Assembly (NCBI GenBank): GCA_965242865.1
Contig: CBDETK010000013.1
Span: 4,608,001 to 4,672,000 of the forward strand
DNA from: Candidatus Latescibacterota bacterium
Lineage (GTDB): Bacteria > Latescibacterota > UBA2968 > UBA8231
Direction of reading: 5' to 3'
Length of the DNA stretch: 64,000 nucleotides
The translations under genes and the position numbers were made by a program. The notes under the pieces were generated by a model that was not told where the DNA came from, made no database searches, and saw nothing but the letters and a program-made list of their open reading frames with translations. Shown piece after piece: positions 8,743 through 18,393 of this stretch (position 1 is the stretch's first letter; each line of letters begins with the position of its first letter).

Positions 8743-10233
8743 TTAGGGACTCGGCAGCTCGGCGAGGCGTTCGCGGGCTTGGCGCAGGAAGTCTGGGTCG
8801 CCTTGCCACTGGTCGATAAAGGCTTGGTAGCAACGGCGGGCCTGATCAATCGAGCCTTGGGCTTGGTACACGGTGGCCAGCGCGTAATAGGTCCGCGCAA
8901 AGGTCGAATCGGCTGCCAGTGCCGCCCGATAGGCGCGTTGCGCTTGGGCTAGCTGCCCCTTTTGCAGGAAGAGGCCGCCGAGATTGTAGTGGGCATCGGC
9001 TAGGGTTGAATCGGCGGCAATGGCCGCTTCCAGTGCCCGTTGGCCGGCTGCTTCTTCGCCCAAGCGCAGCCGGACGTGGCCGAGGTTGTTCCAAGCGGTA
9101 GCCGAGGAAGAATCCAAGGCTAGCGCGTACTCGAAGGAAGTGCGAGCGTTCTCGTATTGGTTGCGCTGCATATAGACGTACCCCGCGGCAAAGTGGAGCT
9201 TGCTGGTGCGTACATCCGCGGGATGCTGGGCGATGCCCCGGCCGCATAGTTCGAGCACTTCTTGGTGCTGTCCTCGCGCCAACAAAAGCCCGCTAAGCGG
9301 AATTAGGACCGCTAAGTGGGCCGGGTCGGCCAGCAGGGCGGCCCGATAGTGGGTGAGGGCGTCGTCGTCGCGCCCCAGTTGCCGATAGTGATGGGCCAGT
9401 TGCAAGCGAGTATCGCGGTCGTTGGGGTCGGCGTCGAGCTGGCGGCGCAGATAGGCGACTTGGGCCGCGTGTGCGGCGAGGGCTTCAAAACGCGCGAGGG
9501 CTGTCTGCGCTTGGGTTGGCTGCCCCAGCCCCAAAAACGCCGAAGAAAGGTTGTAGTGGGTCTCGATTCGGTGTGGGTCGAGGGCGAGGGTGCGGCGAAA
9601 GGCGGCCAATGCTGCTGGATAACGCCGCTCCGCTAGGTGCAGCAGCCCCAGCAGCCGGTGGCTTTCGGCTTGGGTCGAGTCTTGGCCGAGGGCACGGTTG
9701 AGGGCGGCCCGGGCCTCGTCGTAGCGGCCTTGGCGCAAGTAGAGCCGGCCGAGTTGTTGCCGCACGTCAATGCTTTCCCCGCCGGCCGCTAGGGCGGCGT
9801 GCAAACCTTGTTCGGCTAGGTCGTAGCGTCCCTGCTTGGCGTAGAAGAGAGGCAGGGTGCGGAGGGCGGGGATATAGGTCGGAATGTGTTCGAGCAGCTC
9901 AATGGCCAAGGGCAGGTGGCCCCGGTCGGCTTCGAGCACGGCTAAGTTATGCCGAGCGCGATGGTGCGTAGAGTCGGCCGCGAGCGTAGCTTCGTAGGCC
10001 CGGGCCGCTCTCTCCACGTGCCCGAGCCGAGCGTCGAGATCGCCCAATGCACAGTGCGCTGCCGCGTCGAGCGAGTCTAAGGCTAGGGCCCTTTCAAAGG
10101 CGCGCCGGGCCTCGGCATAGCGGTGTTCTGCAGCCAAGGCGCGCCCGGCCCGCACGTAGTGCTCCCCCTCTTCTTCCGGCCCGCACCCACTCAAGGTCGC
10201 CCATAGTGCGGCGAGCGGGACAGCCCAACTCAT
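8743..10233 (-). CDS. TPR-repeat lipoprotein
   Basis: Lipobox ATLSG-C; more than 10 TPRs, many with ALAxDST motifs; 4-bp overlap with upstream gene. Confidence 0.88.
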   Translation of the reverse strand: MSWAVPLAALWATLSGCGPEEEGEHYVRAGRALAAEHRYAEARRAFERALALDSLDAAAHCALGDLDARLGHVERAARAYEATLAADSTHHRARHNLAVLEADRGHLPLAIELLEHIPTYIPALRTLPLFYAKQGRYDLAEQGLHAALAAGGESIDVRQQLGRLYLRQGRYDEARAALNRALGQDSTQAESHRLLGLLHLAERRYPAALAAFRRTLALDPHRIETHYNLSSAFLGLGQPTQAQTALARFEALAAHAAQVAYLRRQLDADPNDRDTRLQLAHHYRQLGRDDDALTHYRAALLADPAHLAVLIPLSGLLLARGQHQEVLELCGRGIAQHPADVRTSKLHFAAGYVYMQRNQYENARTSFEYALALDSSSATAWNNLGHVRLRLGEEAAGQRALEAAIAADSTLADAHYNLGGLFLQKGQLAQAQRAYRAALAADSTFARTYYALATVYQAQGSIDQARRCYQAFIDQWQGDPDFLRQARERLAELPSP

Positions 10234-11549
10234 CGCGGTGTGCGCTCTGCGGATAGCTGCTGGCGGGCGTCCGCGATCTTGGCTTGTAACGCCTCATTGG
10301 CCGCCCCACCGGACGGAATGGCCTCCCAAAGCGCGATGGCCCGGGCGAATTCGCCGCGGCGGGCGTGAATGTCCCCGAGCAGGATGTGCGCACTGTAGAG
10401 CTTGGCGTCCAGCGCGATGGCGCGCTCGACAGCCGCTTGGGCCTGGTCCAGTTGCTCCATTTCGAGGTACGCATTGCCGAGATTGGAGTAGTAAAAACCC
10501 GTAGCTGGGGCGAACCGAATGGCCTGCTCGTATCGTTGGAGGGCCTTTGCGAGGGCGCCCTGCTTGTGAAAGATCAAGCCGAGGTTGTTGTGGCTTTCGG
10601 CCAAGGTCGAGTCGTGACTCAGTGCTCTGAGGTAATAGTGCGCCGCCAAATCGTCCTTGCCCCGGCGCTGGAGCAGGGTGCCCAACCCTTGATACCCCAA
10701 GCCATACGTCGAGTCGATGAGGATGGACTGGCGATAGTGTTCAACGGCCAGTTTGAGACGCCCAAAGCGGCTGTACGCCGCGGCGAGATTGGAGTGGGCT
10801 TGGGGTTGGTCTGGGTACTGGCGTAGCGCGTCTTGGTGGGGCTTGAGTTGGGCGTTTTGTTCGTCCAAGACGCGCGCCCGCTCGAGGACGCGCTGCCCTT
10901 CGGCGGTGCGTCCCAAGCGCAACAGAGCCTGCCCGATCCCCAAAAACGCGGCCGGCTCGTGGGGACTAAGGCGGGCGACTTGGCGCAGTTCGCGCTCGGC
11001 TTCTTGATAATTGCCTAGCTTTAGATCCACGAGGCCGAGCTGGAGTCGGGCTTGGAGGTGGGTGGAGTCGGCCACGGCAATGGCGGCGAAAATTTCGCGG
11101 GCCTCTTGTAGCTGGCCTTCGCGCTGGTGGATCGCGCCGAGGATGTACCGCGCTTCGACCGCACTCGGCGCCAGTTCTAGGGCCTCGGTGAGGAGCTGGC
11201 GCGCTTGTTCTACTTTCCCGTGGACATCGTAGAGCATTTTGCCCAAGGCAATGCGCGGACCAGCGTAGTCGGGTTTTAATTCGAGTGCTTTTTCAAACTG
11301 GGTGCGCGCCTCGGCAAACCGGCTTTGGGCATGCAATGCAACGCCGAGATAGTAGTGGTATTGGGGGTTGGTCGGGGCTTGTTGCAGGGCGCGGCGATAG
11401 GCTTGCTCGGCTTGGGTGAACAAGCCACGCGCTTGGAGGGCGCGGCCGGTGGCAAAGGTCTGCGCCGCTGGGTCGGCGGGCGCGGGGGGATCGGGTGTTT
11501 CGCGGGTACAGGCGATGCAGGTTAAGAAAAAAAGCAGGGCAAAGCGCAT
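10230..11549 (-). CDS. TPR-repeat lipoprotein
   Basis: ATG 11549 with GGAG RBS; MRFALLFFLTCIA-C; TPRs such as AESHNNLG, YYSNLGNAY. Confidence 0.88.
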   Translation of the reverse strand: MRFALLFFLTCIACTRETPDPPAPADPAAQTFATGRALQARGLFTQAEQAYRRALQQAPTNPQYHYYLGVALHAQSRFAEARTQFEKALELKPDYAGPRIALGKMLYDVHGKVEQARQLLTEALELAPSAVEARYILGAIHQREGQLQEAREIFAAIAVADSTHLQARLQLGLVDLKLGNYQEAERELRQVARLSPHEPAAFLGIGQALLRLGRTAEGQRVLERARVLDEQNAQLKPHQDALRQYPDQPQAHSNLAAAYSRFGRLKLAVEHYRQSILIDSTYGLGYQGLGTLLQRRGKDDLAAHYYLRALSHDSTLAESHNNLGLIFHKQGALAKALQRYEQAIRFAPATGFYYSNLGNAYLEMEQLDQAQAAVERAIALDAKLYSAHILLGDIHARRGEFARAIALWEAIPSGGAANEALQAKIADARQQLSAERTPR

Positions 11550-11553
11550 GGTT

Positions 11554-13185
11554 CTACTCCGGCATGAGGCGATGGACGCCCCGGTGAATGACGTAGTGGC
11601 GGTCGGCAGGCACGGCGCGAAAGGCTTGGCGGTCGCCGCTCGGCCACGTGATTTCGATGTCGGCCGCGGTGGCTCGTCCCAAGCCAAAGTGCAAGCGCGT
11701 ATCGCTCTGGGCTTGAAAGCTAGAGCCGGTCAGCACTTCGCGCATCTGGTCTTGGCCGCCGGCATGGACCCGCACGTGCGCCCCGATGGCCTCGGTGGCT
11801 CCTTGGCGTAGCGTCAACAGCAGATAGTGGCCTTTGTGCGCGACGTCGTTGCGCAAGAGGGTGGGGGCGTCGTCGAGATTGGCGATTAAGAGGTCGAGGT
11901 CGCCATCGCCGTCGTAATCGCCGCTGGCCGCGCCGCGGCTGACCCGCTCGGCTGCGAGCGCCGGCGCGTTGGCGATTTCGCGAAAGCGTCCGTCGCCCAA
12001 GTTGCGGTAGAGTTGGTTGCGCTGGCGGTAGCGGAGCCCGCCGCCGGCGCGTTCAATGGCCGGCATTAGGTGGCCGTTGGCGATGAAGAGGTCCTGCCAG
12101 CCGTCGTGGTCGTAGTCGAAGAAGAGGGTGCCCCAGCCCATAAAGGGACGGCTGCTGCCGGCTAGCCCAGCGCGCCCACTGACGTCGGCGAAAAACCCAT
12201 GGCCCTCGTTGCGGTAGAGGGTGTTGTGGTCTTGGGAGAAGTTGGTCACGAAAATGTCCGTCTGTAAGTCGTTGTCGAAGTCGGCGAGGGCGACGCCCAT
12301 GCCGGCTTGGGCCCGGCCGTCGCCGCTGTACGCGGTGCCGGTTGCCAGCGCGATGTTGACGAAGCGACCTCGGTCGTTGCGATAAAGGCTGTTGGGATGC
12401 CCGTCGTTGGCCACGTAGAGATCGGGGTCGCCGTCGCTGTCCAAGTCGGACCAAGCCACGCCCATACCGTAGTAATGCGGCCCGCGAAGGCCCGCTTGTC
12501 GGCTGGCGTCGATAAAGGTGCCATCGCCTTCGTTGCGGTAGAGCAAGTCCGGCTGGGCTTGGGCGCCGCTCGGACCGCAGGCGGCGAGGACGCCGTTGTG
12601 CTTGCACCAACGGTCGTAAAAAGGCGGCCCCCCGCGTTCATACGTTATGTAGTTGGCGACGTAGAGGTCGAGATCGCCGTCGCGGTCGTAGTCGGCAAAG
12701 GCCGAGCCGATTCCCCAGCCTTCCGACCCGAGGCCGGCTGCGGTCGTGACGTCTTTGAAGGGCGCGTCGGTCTCGTTGGCCAAAAGCGCGTCCCGGCCCC
12801 AACGAGTGAGGTAGAGGTCGGGGTCGCCATCGCCATCGTAGTCGGCAAAGGCCACGCCCATATTCCAGCCGCCCAACCCCGTGCCCGAGCCGGCGGTCGC
12901 CTCGCTAAACGCGCCGCGACCGATCCCGCGATAGAGCGCGGTGCCGGTCGTCGAGTCCGGGCGGACGCCGCTGGTGAGAAAGATGTCGAGCTGGCCGTCG
13001 CCGTCGTAGTCCCAAAAGCCGCCGCCAGCCGATTGGGTTTCGATGATGTACTGCTTGGCGGCCCCGCCAGACTCATTGATAAAGGCGATACCGGCGGCTT
13101 GGGTCACATCGGTAAAGAGCGGCCCCGCGCTGGAGACGGGCCACGCGCAGGCGAGGAACAAAAGAGCTTGGAGGTAGCCGGACAA
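11554..13185 (-). CDS. CRTAC1-family protein (FG-GAP plus ASPIC/UnbV)
   Basis: Probable TTG start 4 nt after upstream stop; signal peptide; DYDGDG repeats; AIGAHV..GSSFQAQSD.RLHFGLG..WPSG. Confidence 0.88.
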   Translation of the reverse strand: MSGYLQALLFLACAWPVSSAGPLFTDVTQAAGIAFINESGGAAKQYIIETQSAGGGFWDYDGDGQLDIFLTSGVRPDSTTGTALYRGIGRGAFSEATAGSGTGLGGWNMGVAFADYDGDGDPDLYLTRWGRDALLANETDAPFKDVTTAAGLGSEGWGIGSAFADYDRDGDLDLYVANYITYERGGPPFYDRWCKHNGVLAACGPSGAQAQPDLLYRNEGDGTFIDASRQAGLRGPHYYGMGVAWSDLDSDGDPDLYVANDGHPNSLYRNDRGRFVNIALATGTAYSGDGRAQAGMGVALADFDNDLQTDIFVTNFSQDHNTLYRNEGHGFFADVSGRAGLAGSSRPFMGWGTLFFDYDHDGWQDLFIANGHLMPAIERAGGGLRYRQRNQLYRNLGDGRFREIANAPALAAERVSRGAASGDYDGDGDLDLLIANLDDAPTLLRNDVAHKGHYLLLTLRQGATEAIGAHVRVHAGGQDQMREVLTGSSFQAQSDTRLHFGLGRATAADIEITWPSGDRQAFRAVPADRHYVIHRGVHRLMPE

Positions 13186-13189
13186 GGTG

Positions 13190-15286
13190 TTATGGCGAGT
13201 TGAGCCGGCGATAGGCTTCGTCGAGCAGCCGCTGTGCGTGAGGGGAAGGGCCGTGCGCCAGTACTCGGCGCAGCCGGGCAATGGCGGCCGCGTGGTCCCC
13301 AGTTTCGAGTTCGATGAGCGCGAGATTGACGTGGACTTCTGGGTTGTCTGGTGCCAACTCTAGTGCTTGAAGAAAATGCGTCCGCGCCACTTGGGTGCGC
13401 CCGGCGAGCAGATGCAAGGCCCCGATGGCGTTTAGGGCCTCGGGCCTCCTTTCGAGCGCGAGGGATTGGTGGTACTGCCCGAGTGCCGCCTCGGCTCGCC
13501 CGGCCTGCTGTAAGGCCCGCCCCAGTTCGTAGTGTAGCCAGAAGTCCTGTGGCTGCCAAGCAACGGCCCGCTGCAAGTGGGTCGCGGCCGCGGCGTGATG
13601 CCCTTGGCGGTAGAGCAAGCGGCCGTAGTAGTAATGGGCCGGGCCGGACTCTGGAGCCCGCTCGAGCGCACGACGCAGATGCGCGGCAGCCTGCGGCAAC
13701 TTATGGGTCGCTAGGTAAATCCGCCCTAGGAGGATATGAGTGTCGGCGCGCCGGGGATTTTCTGCGAGGGTCTGTAGGGCCTCGCGCTCGCTTGCTCCAT
13801 AGCGTTCTTGATGAAAATACGCCACGGCTAGATTGTGGCGAGCGTAGTTGTACGCCGGGTCCAGTTCCAATGCCCGACGCGAGTAGCGCGCAGACCGGAC
13901 ATAGTCTCGCTGGCGCAGATGCACCTCCCCGAGGTCGAAGTAGAGCTGGGCGTCCTCGGTCGTTGGCGCGGCTTCGGCGAGGTTGCACAGCACCAATAGA
14001 CCGCCGAGGGGCAGGGCCAGTGCTGAGGTGCGGAGATAGGCTTTGCGGCGCAGGCCTAGGTAAAACTGAAAGGCGGCAAAAGCAGCAAAGGCGATCAGCA
14101 CCGGCACGACTGGCATGCGGTAGCGGGCCGCCGGAAAGAAGAGCACGACCGAGGCCGTGTACGCAAGAGCGTAGAGCCGCAGCAAGGCCATCGGCGGCGT
14201 CCACTCCCTCCTCATGCTCAACCCCAAGCCGAGCAAACTCAGCGGCCCGATTAGGCCGAAGGGCATGGACAGGTGCCAATCCCAGAGCAAGAGACTCAAG
14301 ACCCACGAGTGTTGGCGGGCGTAGTATATATCTTGGTTGCGCTTGGTCTCTGGGCCGCTCCAAAAGTGACCCCCCTTTTTGCAGAGCAGCCCAAGATAAT
14401 TGAGGGGTTGCGCGGTTATGTAATCAAGGGCCTTGCCAAAAAAAAAGGCCGATTGGCCGGCCGCCGTCTCATGCCCCGAATGCGCCGCTTCGGCGATCAT
14501 GGCCTCCCACGGCATACCCGGACGCAGCGAGACCGTGCGCTCGTACTCGGCGTTGTTGCCGATGTAGAAGTTGACGCCGGCATTGGAGGAAATGAGGACG
14601 AGGTCCGGTTCAATGGTCCAGTTGCGATAGGTGATGGGCAAAACGACTAGGGCTATGGGCAAGGCTAACAAGACTAGGGAACGATAGGCCGATACGCGCC
14701 GGTGCCACAGTGCCCAAGCGCAAAAGGCCGCGATAAAGAGCAAGATATTGGGGCGAGTCAGGGCCGCAAGGCCGGCGACGAGGCCGGCTAGCACCCAGTC
14801 GTGCCCGCGATCTCGCTGCCACGCCCGCAATAGGCCGGACAGGAGCAGGAGATTGAGGAATACTTCCACTGGTACGGCCAATAGCTCGCCCTCAAAGTAA
14901 AGCAGGGAGCCGCACAAGGCCGCTGTGACGCCGGCGATGCGGCCGACCTGTTCGCCAAAGGCGCGCCGGGCCAACGCATAGACCAAGAGGCAGGAAAGAA
15001 CGCCGAGGCCGGCGTGCATGAGCCGGATGCCGACGAAGTACGAGGCCGGCAGGAGCCAGCAAACGAAGGCCAGCAGATAGATGTAGAGGGGCGGCTGCCA
15101 ATACGGTTCGTCGCCTCCCCAGAATGGGCCGCTGGCAAGGGCTTGTGCTTGGTTGAGAAAGGTCTGGGCGTCAACTATGGGCGCGTCGAAGAAGGGGCTG
15201 GCGCGGTGTTCCCATAAATAGCCCAACCGCAGCGCGAGGGCGACGAGCAGGAGTGCGCCGCAAAAGAAGCGGGTGTTGTAGGCCAT
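13190..15286 (-). CDS. GT-C fold (ArnT/PMT_2-like) glycosyltransferase with C-terminal TPRs
   Basis: About 12 TM; PFFDAPIVDA, WQPPLY, YFEGELL, LAALTRPN, GVNFYIGN, RYRMP; TPR tail; paralog of 55389..57383. Confidence 0.85.
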   Translation of the reverse strand: MAYNTRFFCGALLLVALALRLGYLWEHRASPFFDAPIVDAQTFLNQAQALASGPFWGGDEPYWQPPLYIYLLAFVCWLLPASYFVGIRLMHAGLGVLSCLLVYALARRAFGEQVGRIAGVTAALCGSLLYFEGELLAVPVEVFLNLLLLSGLLRAWQRDRGHDWVLAGLVAGLAALTRPNILLFIAAFCAWALWHRRVSAYRSLVLLALPIALVVLPITYRNWTIEPDLVLISSNAGVNFYIGNNAEYERTVSLRPGMPWEAMIAEAAHSGHETAAGQSAFFFGKALDYITAQPLNYLGLLCKKGGHFWSGPETKRNQDIYYARQHSWVLSLLLWDWHLSMPFGLIGPLSLLGLGLSMRREWTPPMALLRLYALAYTASVVLFFPAARYRMPVVPVLIAFAAFAAFQFYLGLRRKAYLRTSALALPLGGLLVLCNLAEAAPTTEDAQLYFDLGEVHLRQRDYVRSARYSRRALELDPAYNYARHNLAVAYFHQERYGASEREALQTLAENPRRADTHILLGRIYLATHKLPQAAAHLRRALERAPESGPAHYYYGRLLYRQGHHAAAATHLQRAVAWQPQDFWLHYELGRALQQAGRAEAALGQYHQSLALERRPEALNAIGALHLLAGRTQVARTHFLQALELAPDNPEVHVNLALIELETGDHAAAIARLRRVLAHGPSPHAQRLLDEAYRRLNSP

Positions 15287-15340
15287 GGCGTTAGGACGAC
15301 GACCCCTGCACGGCCCCCTCTCGCTTGGCGGCCCGTGCGG

Positions 15341-17995
15341 TCAATAGACCAGCGAGAGGGTACCCGTATAGGCCGTGGAGGTCGCGTCCGAATCTGCGAC
15401 GAGCCGGTAGAGATAGATCCCCGGCGGTGCGAGTTGGCCGTGGCTTGCGCGGCCATCCCACTTAATTTGGACGTTGCTCGCGGGCGAGCCGCCGGTGTGT
15501 ATCTCGGCGATGGAGCGGCCGGACAGGTCGTAGATGGTGACGTGAACGTTAACCGGCTCTAAGAGGCGGACGAGATCAAAGGAAAAGATCGCCTCGTCGT
15601 TGATGCCATCGCCGTTGGGGGTAAAGGGGTTGGGAATGATACGGGGCGCCTCGATGAGCTGATTGATCTCGTCGGCGACCACGAGGCGGGCGTTGGTGGC
15701 TATGTCCGGGGTGGCGTCTCCATCTTCGGTCGGCTGGGGGATAAATTCGACGTCGTGGCCGCTCTGGTCGTTCCACACCGTGCTGACGAACTCTTCTGAG
15801 CCGCGGAAGAGCTTGGAACGAAAGACGATTTCGATGTTTTCCCCGAGTTGGAAATGCTCCGCGCCCATTGTGGGCAGCTTGATGTGTAGCTTGGACGAGC
15901 CGGTGAGCGGGTCGGAAATTAGGCTCTGAGCGAATTGCCCGAGGCTGTCGGAGCGGCCCGCGGCTGGAGCGAGGCGGCTGGGACGAACATCGCGCAGCGG
16001 ATCGGCGGCCGTGCCAGCCGCGATTTCGACCCAATCTTGGCCGTCAAAGCGCAAGGTGTCGATGCGCGTGTCGGCACTGGGCACGGCGATCTCGATGCGG
16101 TTGAAGGAGGTGGCCTCGCCCGTTTTGAAGAATGGCCGGACAAAGTAGCGGAAAGCAGTCTCCTCGCCCAAGGTGACGTACGGGGGAAAAATTTCGGCGA
16201 CGATCCCGCCCGAGACCAGCGGCGCGTCGTAGTCGAACTCGATGAAGTCCAACCGGGCCGCGCTGTGCTGGGCGGAATCAAAGAAGATGCGGAACTGGAT
16301 GTAGCGAGTGCCGCCGGGCAGAGGCAGCTGGACGCCGGCGTTTTGCCACTCGGATTCGGGCAAGCTCTCGTCGATAAGCCCGTCTTCGAGCTTGAACGGT
16401 GCCGACCAGAAGCTCCAGCCCAAGAGGCCGTCGTCGCCTAGGTCAACCCCTAGCTCGTTGTACTGAAGCTCGTGTTCGGGGACGCGGCCTTCGGGGAGCT
16501 TGATCCAAGAAAATAGGTCGAGGGGTACGCCGTTTTCGTCTTGGGTGTCGGAGAGGCCCGGGCCTAAGCGGCGGGCGTATATGTGGGTGTCGAGGGTGTT
16601 GCCAACGCGGAACTGGATGCGGACATCGCTGTCGCGGCTGTCCCGACGCCCGCGCCAACGGACCTTGCCCCAGTTGACTTGGCCGCCGGCCACATCAAAG
16701 GGAAACTGGCTTTCATACCCAGCGCGATCCGAGCCGGCGAACTGCTCAATCTCTCGGTCGTAGCGACGAATGCGCGGGGTGGGTGTGCCCACGTCAATGA
16801 TCGCCGAGGTGTACCGTGCGTCGATGGCGTAGCCGTCGCCGAAATAGCTAGCTTCGGCGGTCTCCACGTAGGTGCCTTTGGGATCAATCGAGACTATGTC
16901 GAGGCGGCCGGCGACAAAGGGCAGTCCGAATCGGATATCCTTGACTACCGGATTGAACTGGCCGTTGATGACAGGGACTAATGTTTTGCTCGCTTGGATA
17001 GTTTCGGAGCGGCTGTCGATGGTGGTGGGGTCTCCATAGCGGATGAAGTAGTTGGCAATAGTGGTGGCGGGCAAGGTCGGCCGTGGACGGAAGACAATGC
17101 GATTGAGATAGTAGTAGCCCATCAGGTTGATGCCGACTCCGCCGCGGCCGTAAAGGGCGGAGCCGTATTCGGTACGCAGGTTGCCGTCAACCGACTTTTC
17201 TGCATCGACTCGACCGATTACCTGCGCGGTCGACCAGTAGTCTGCCGAAATCGGGTCAGCTATTTCACGGCGGAAGCCGTATTCGCTCGGCACCACCATA
17301 AAGGGGCGCTGAGGAGTCTTACCGGGGATGATGCCGCCGAACTCGCCGATCTTGAAGCGCTGGTTGAGCAGGTAGGCGAGGTTTCGCAGGCTGTCCAAAT
17401 GCACCGGCCTAATCCAAGAGGTAACTCCCCCACCGTGTTCGGGCAGTGGCGGGTCTTCATCGATCAGCCCGTCGTTGTCGTCGTCGAGAGCATTGACCGG
17501 ATCTTCGTTGAGCAGTCCGTCCCAGTCGTCGTCAAAAGGAGAATACAACCCGTCCTCATTGAGCAGCCCATCGCCGTCATTATCGAACTGAGGATCCGGC
17601 CCATCCTCGTCGATGCGCCCGTCGAGGTCGTTGTCGAAAAATTCCGGGGGGTCTTCGTCGATGAGGCCGTCGCCATCGTCGTCGCGCCCGTTGGCTGGGT
17701 CTTCGTTGATCTGGCCGTCGTCGTCATTGTCAACTTGTGGGTCTATGGGGTCTTCGTTGATCTGGCCGTCGTCATCGTTGTCGACTAGCTCGACCGGGTC
17801 TTCGTCGATGCGCCCGTCGCCATCGTCGTCGGCGATCAACTCGACAGCCCAGCTACGGCCCAAGTCGAGACGACCTGTGACCGGCCGCAGGGTCCAAGGA
17901 TGCACATCGTCGCCGATGCGCCACCGCTTGATTTCGGCGTAGCCGTTGCTGAGTATAGACGCGACGCCGAGTGCCGCTACCAACAACCTGATCAT
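15341..17995 (-). CDS. Exported protein: Asp-rich Ca-binding-like repeats, discoidin-like domain and FlgD-Ig/CHU_C-like C-terminal domain
   Basis: GGAGG RBS; signal peptide; 8 x DxDxDGx[IL][DN]ED[PG]; WSFWSAPF; PNPFTPNGDGIND, YDLSGR, WDGR, PGIYLY, terminal LSLVY. Confidence 0.85.
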   Translation of the reverse strand: MIRLLVAALGVASILSNGYAEIKRWRIGDDVHPWTLRPVTGRLDLGRSWAVELIADDDGDGRIDEDPVELVDNDDDGQINEDPIDPQVDNDDDGQINEDPANGRDDDGDGLIDEDPPEFFDNDLDGRIDEDGPDPQFDNDGDGLLNEDGLYSPFDDDWDGLLNEDPVNALDDDNDGLIDEDPPLPEHGGGVTSWIRPVHLDSLRNLAYLLNQRFKIGEFGGIIPGKTPQRPFMVVPSEYGFRREIADPISADYWSTAQVIGRVDAEKSVDGNLRTEYGSALYGRGGVGINLMGYYYLNRIVFRPRPTLPATTIANYFIRYGDPTTIDSRSETIQASKTLVPVINGQFNPVVKDIRFGLPFVAGRLDIVSIDPKGTYVETAEASYFGDGYAIDARYTSAIIDVGTPTPRIRRYDREIEQFAGSDRAGYESQFPFDVAGGQVNWGKVRWRGRRDSRDSDVRIQFRVGNTLDTHIYARRLGPGLSDTQDENGVPLDLFSWIKLPEGRVPEHELQYNELGVDLGDDGLLGWSFWSAPFKLEDGLIDESLPESEWQNAGVQLPLPGGTRYIQFRIFFDSAQHSAARLDFIEFDYDAPLVSGGIVAEIFPPYVTLGEETAFRYFVRPFFKTGEATSFNRIEIAVPSADTRIDTLRFDGQDWVEIAAGTAADPLRDVRPSRLAPAAGRSDSLGQFAQSLISDPLTGSSKLHIKLPTMGAEHFQLGENIEIVFRSKLFRGSEEFVSTVWNDQSGHDVEFIPQPTEDGDATPDIATNARLVVADEINQLIEAPRIIPNPFTPNGDGINDEAIFSFDLVRLLEPVNVHVTIYDLSGRSIAEIHTGGSPASNVQIKWDGRASHGQLAPPGIYLYRLVADSDATSTAYTGTLSLVY
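17450..17830 (-). repeat. Eight coding repeats of a 12-aa acidic motif (16-17 aa period)
   Basis: DDDGDGRIDEDP, DNDDDGQINEDP x2, DDDGDGLIDEDP, DNDLDGRIDEDG, DNDGDGLLNEDG, DDDWDGLLNEDP, DDDNDGLIDEDP. Confidence 0.9.
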
Positions 17996-18126
17996 CGAAC
18001 ACCTCCGCGCAAGAATGTGAGCCCTTGGCTGCCTGCGACGAGGAGAACAAGGACGCCGACGGGGCTACAGACTCCAAAACTTAGTCCGCACCGGCCGGGT
18101 TAATCACGCATTTCGTTTGCTATTCT

Positions 18127-18155
18127 ATTATATAGTATATTGGTGAACATCTCAA
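18127..18155 (-). promoter_or_regulatory. sigma70-type promoter for the leftward operon (17995 to 6848)
   Basis: Minus strand TTGAGA-N17-TATAAT in the AT-rich intergenic region. Confidence 0.7.
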
Positions 18156-18349
18156 GATAGTCGGATCGGGCCGCTGATCCTAGAAAAGAGGAGCCTTTGT
18201 CGTCAATCGCTTAGATAATTAGTGGAGTTGAGGCGCAGATGAAGGGACTTGCAGCGACTTACGCGGGGGTTGAATAGACCTAACTTATTGTTATTCATTG
18301 ACTTTATTCGTTATAGGCTCGTTGTTTCCACCGCTATCTTTAATATATC

Positions 18350-18378
18350 TTGACACGTCTTAGGCCATTGATTATCAT
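18350..18378 (+). promoter_or_regulatory. sigma70-type promoter for the rightward operon (18394 to 26935)
   Basis: TTGACA-N17-TATCAT. Confidence 0.7.
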
Positions 18379-18393
18379 ACAACCCGATAATAA

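Noticed and set aside
17450-17830. Periodic DNA repeats resembling a CRISPR array
   Set aside because: Degenerate at synonymous positions and in frame within a CDS; no identical repeats with unique spacers, no cas genes
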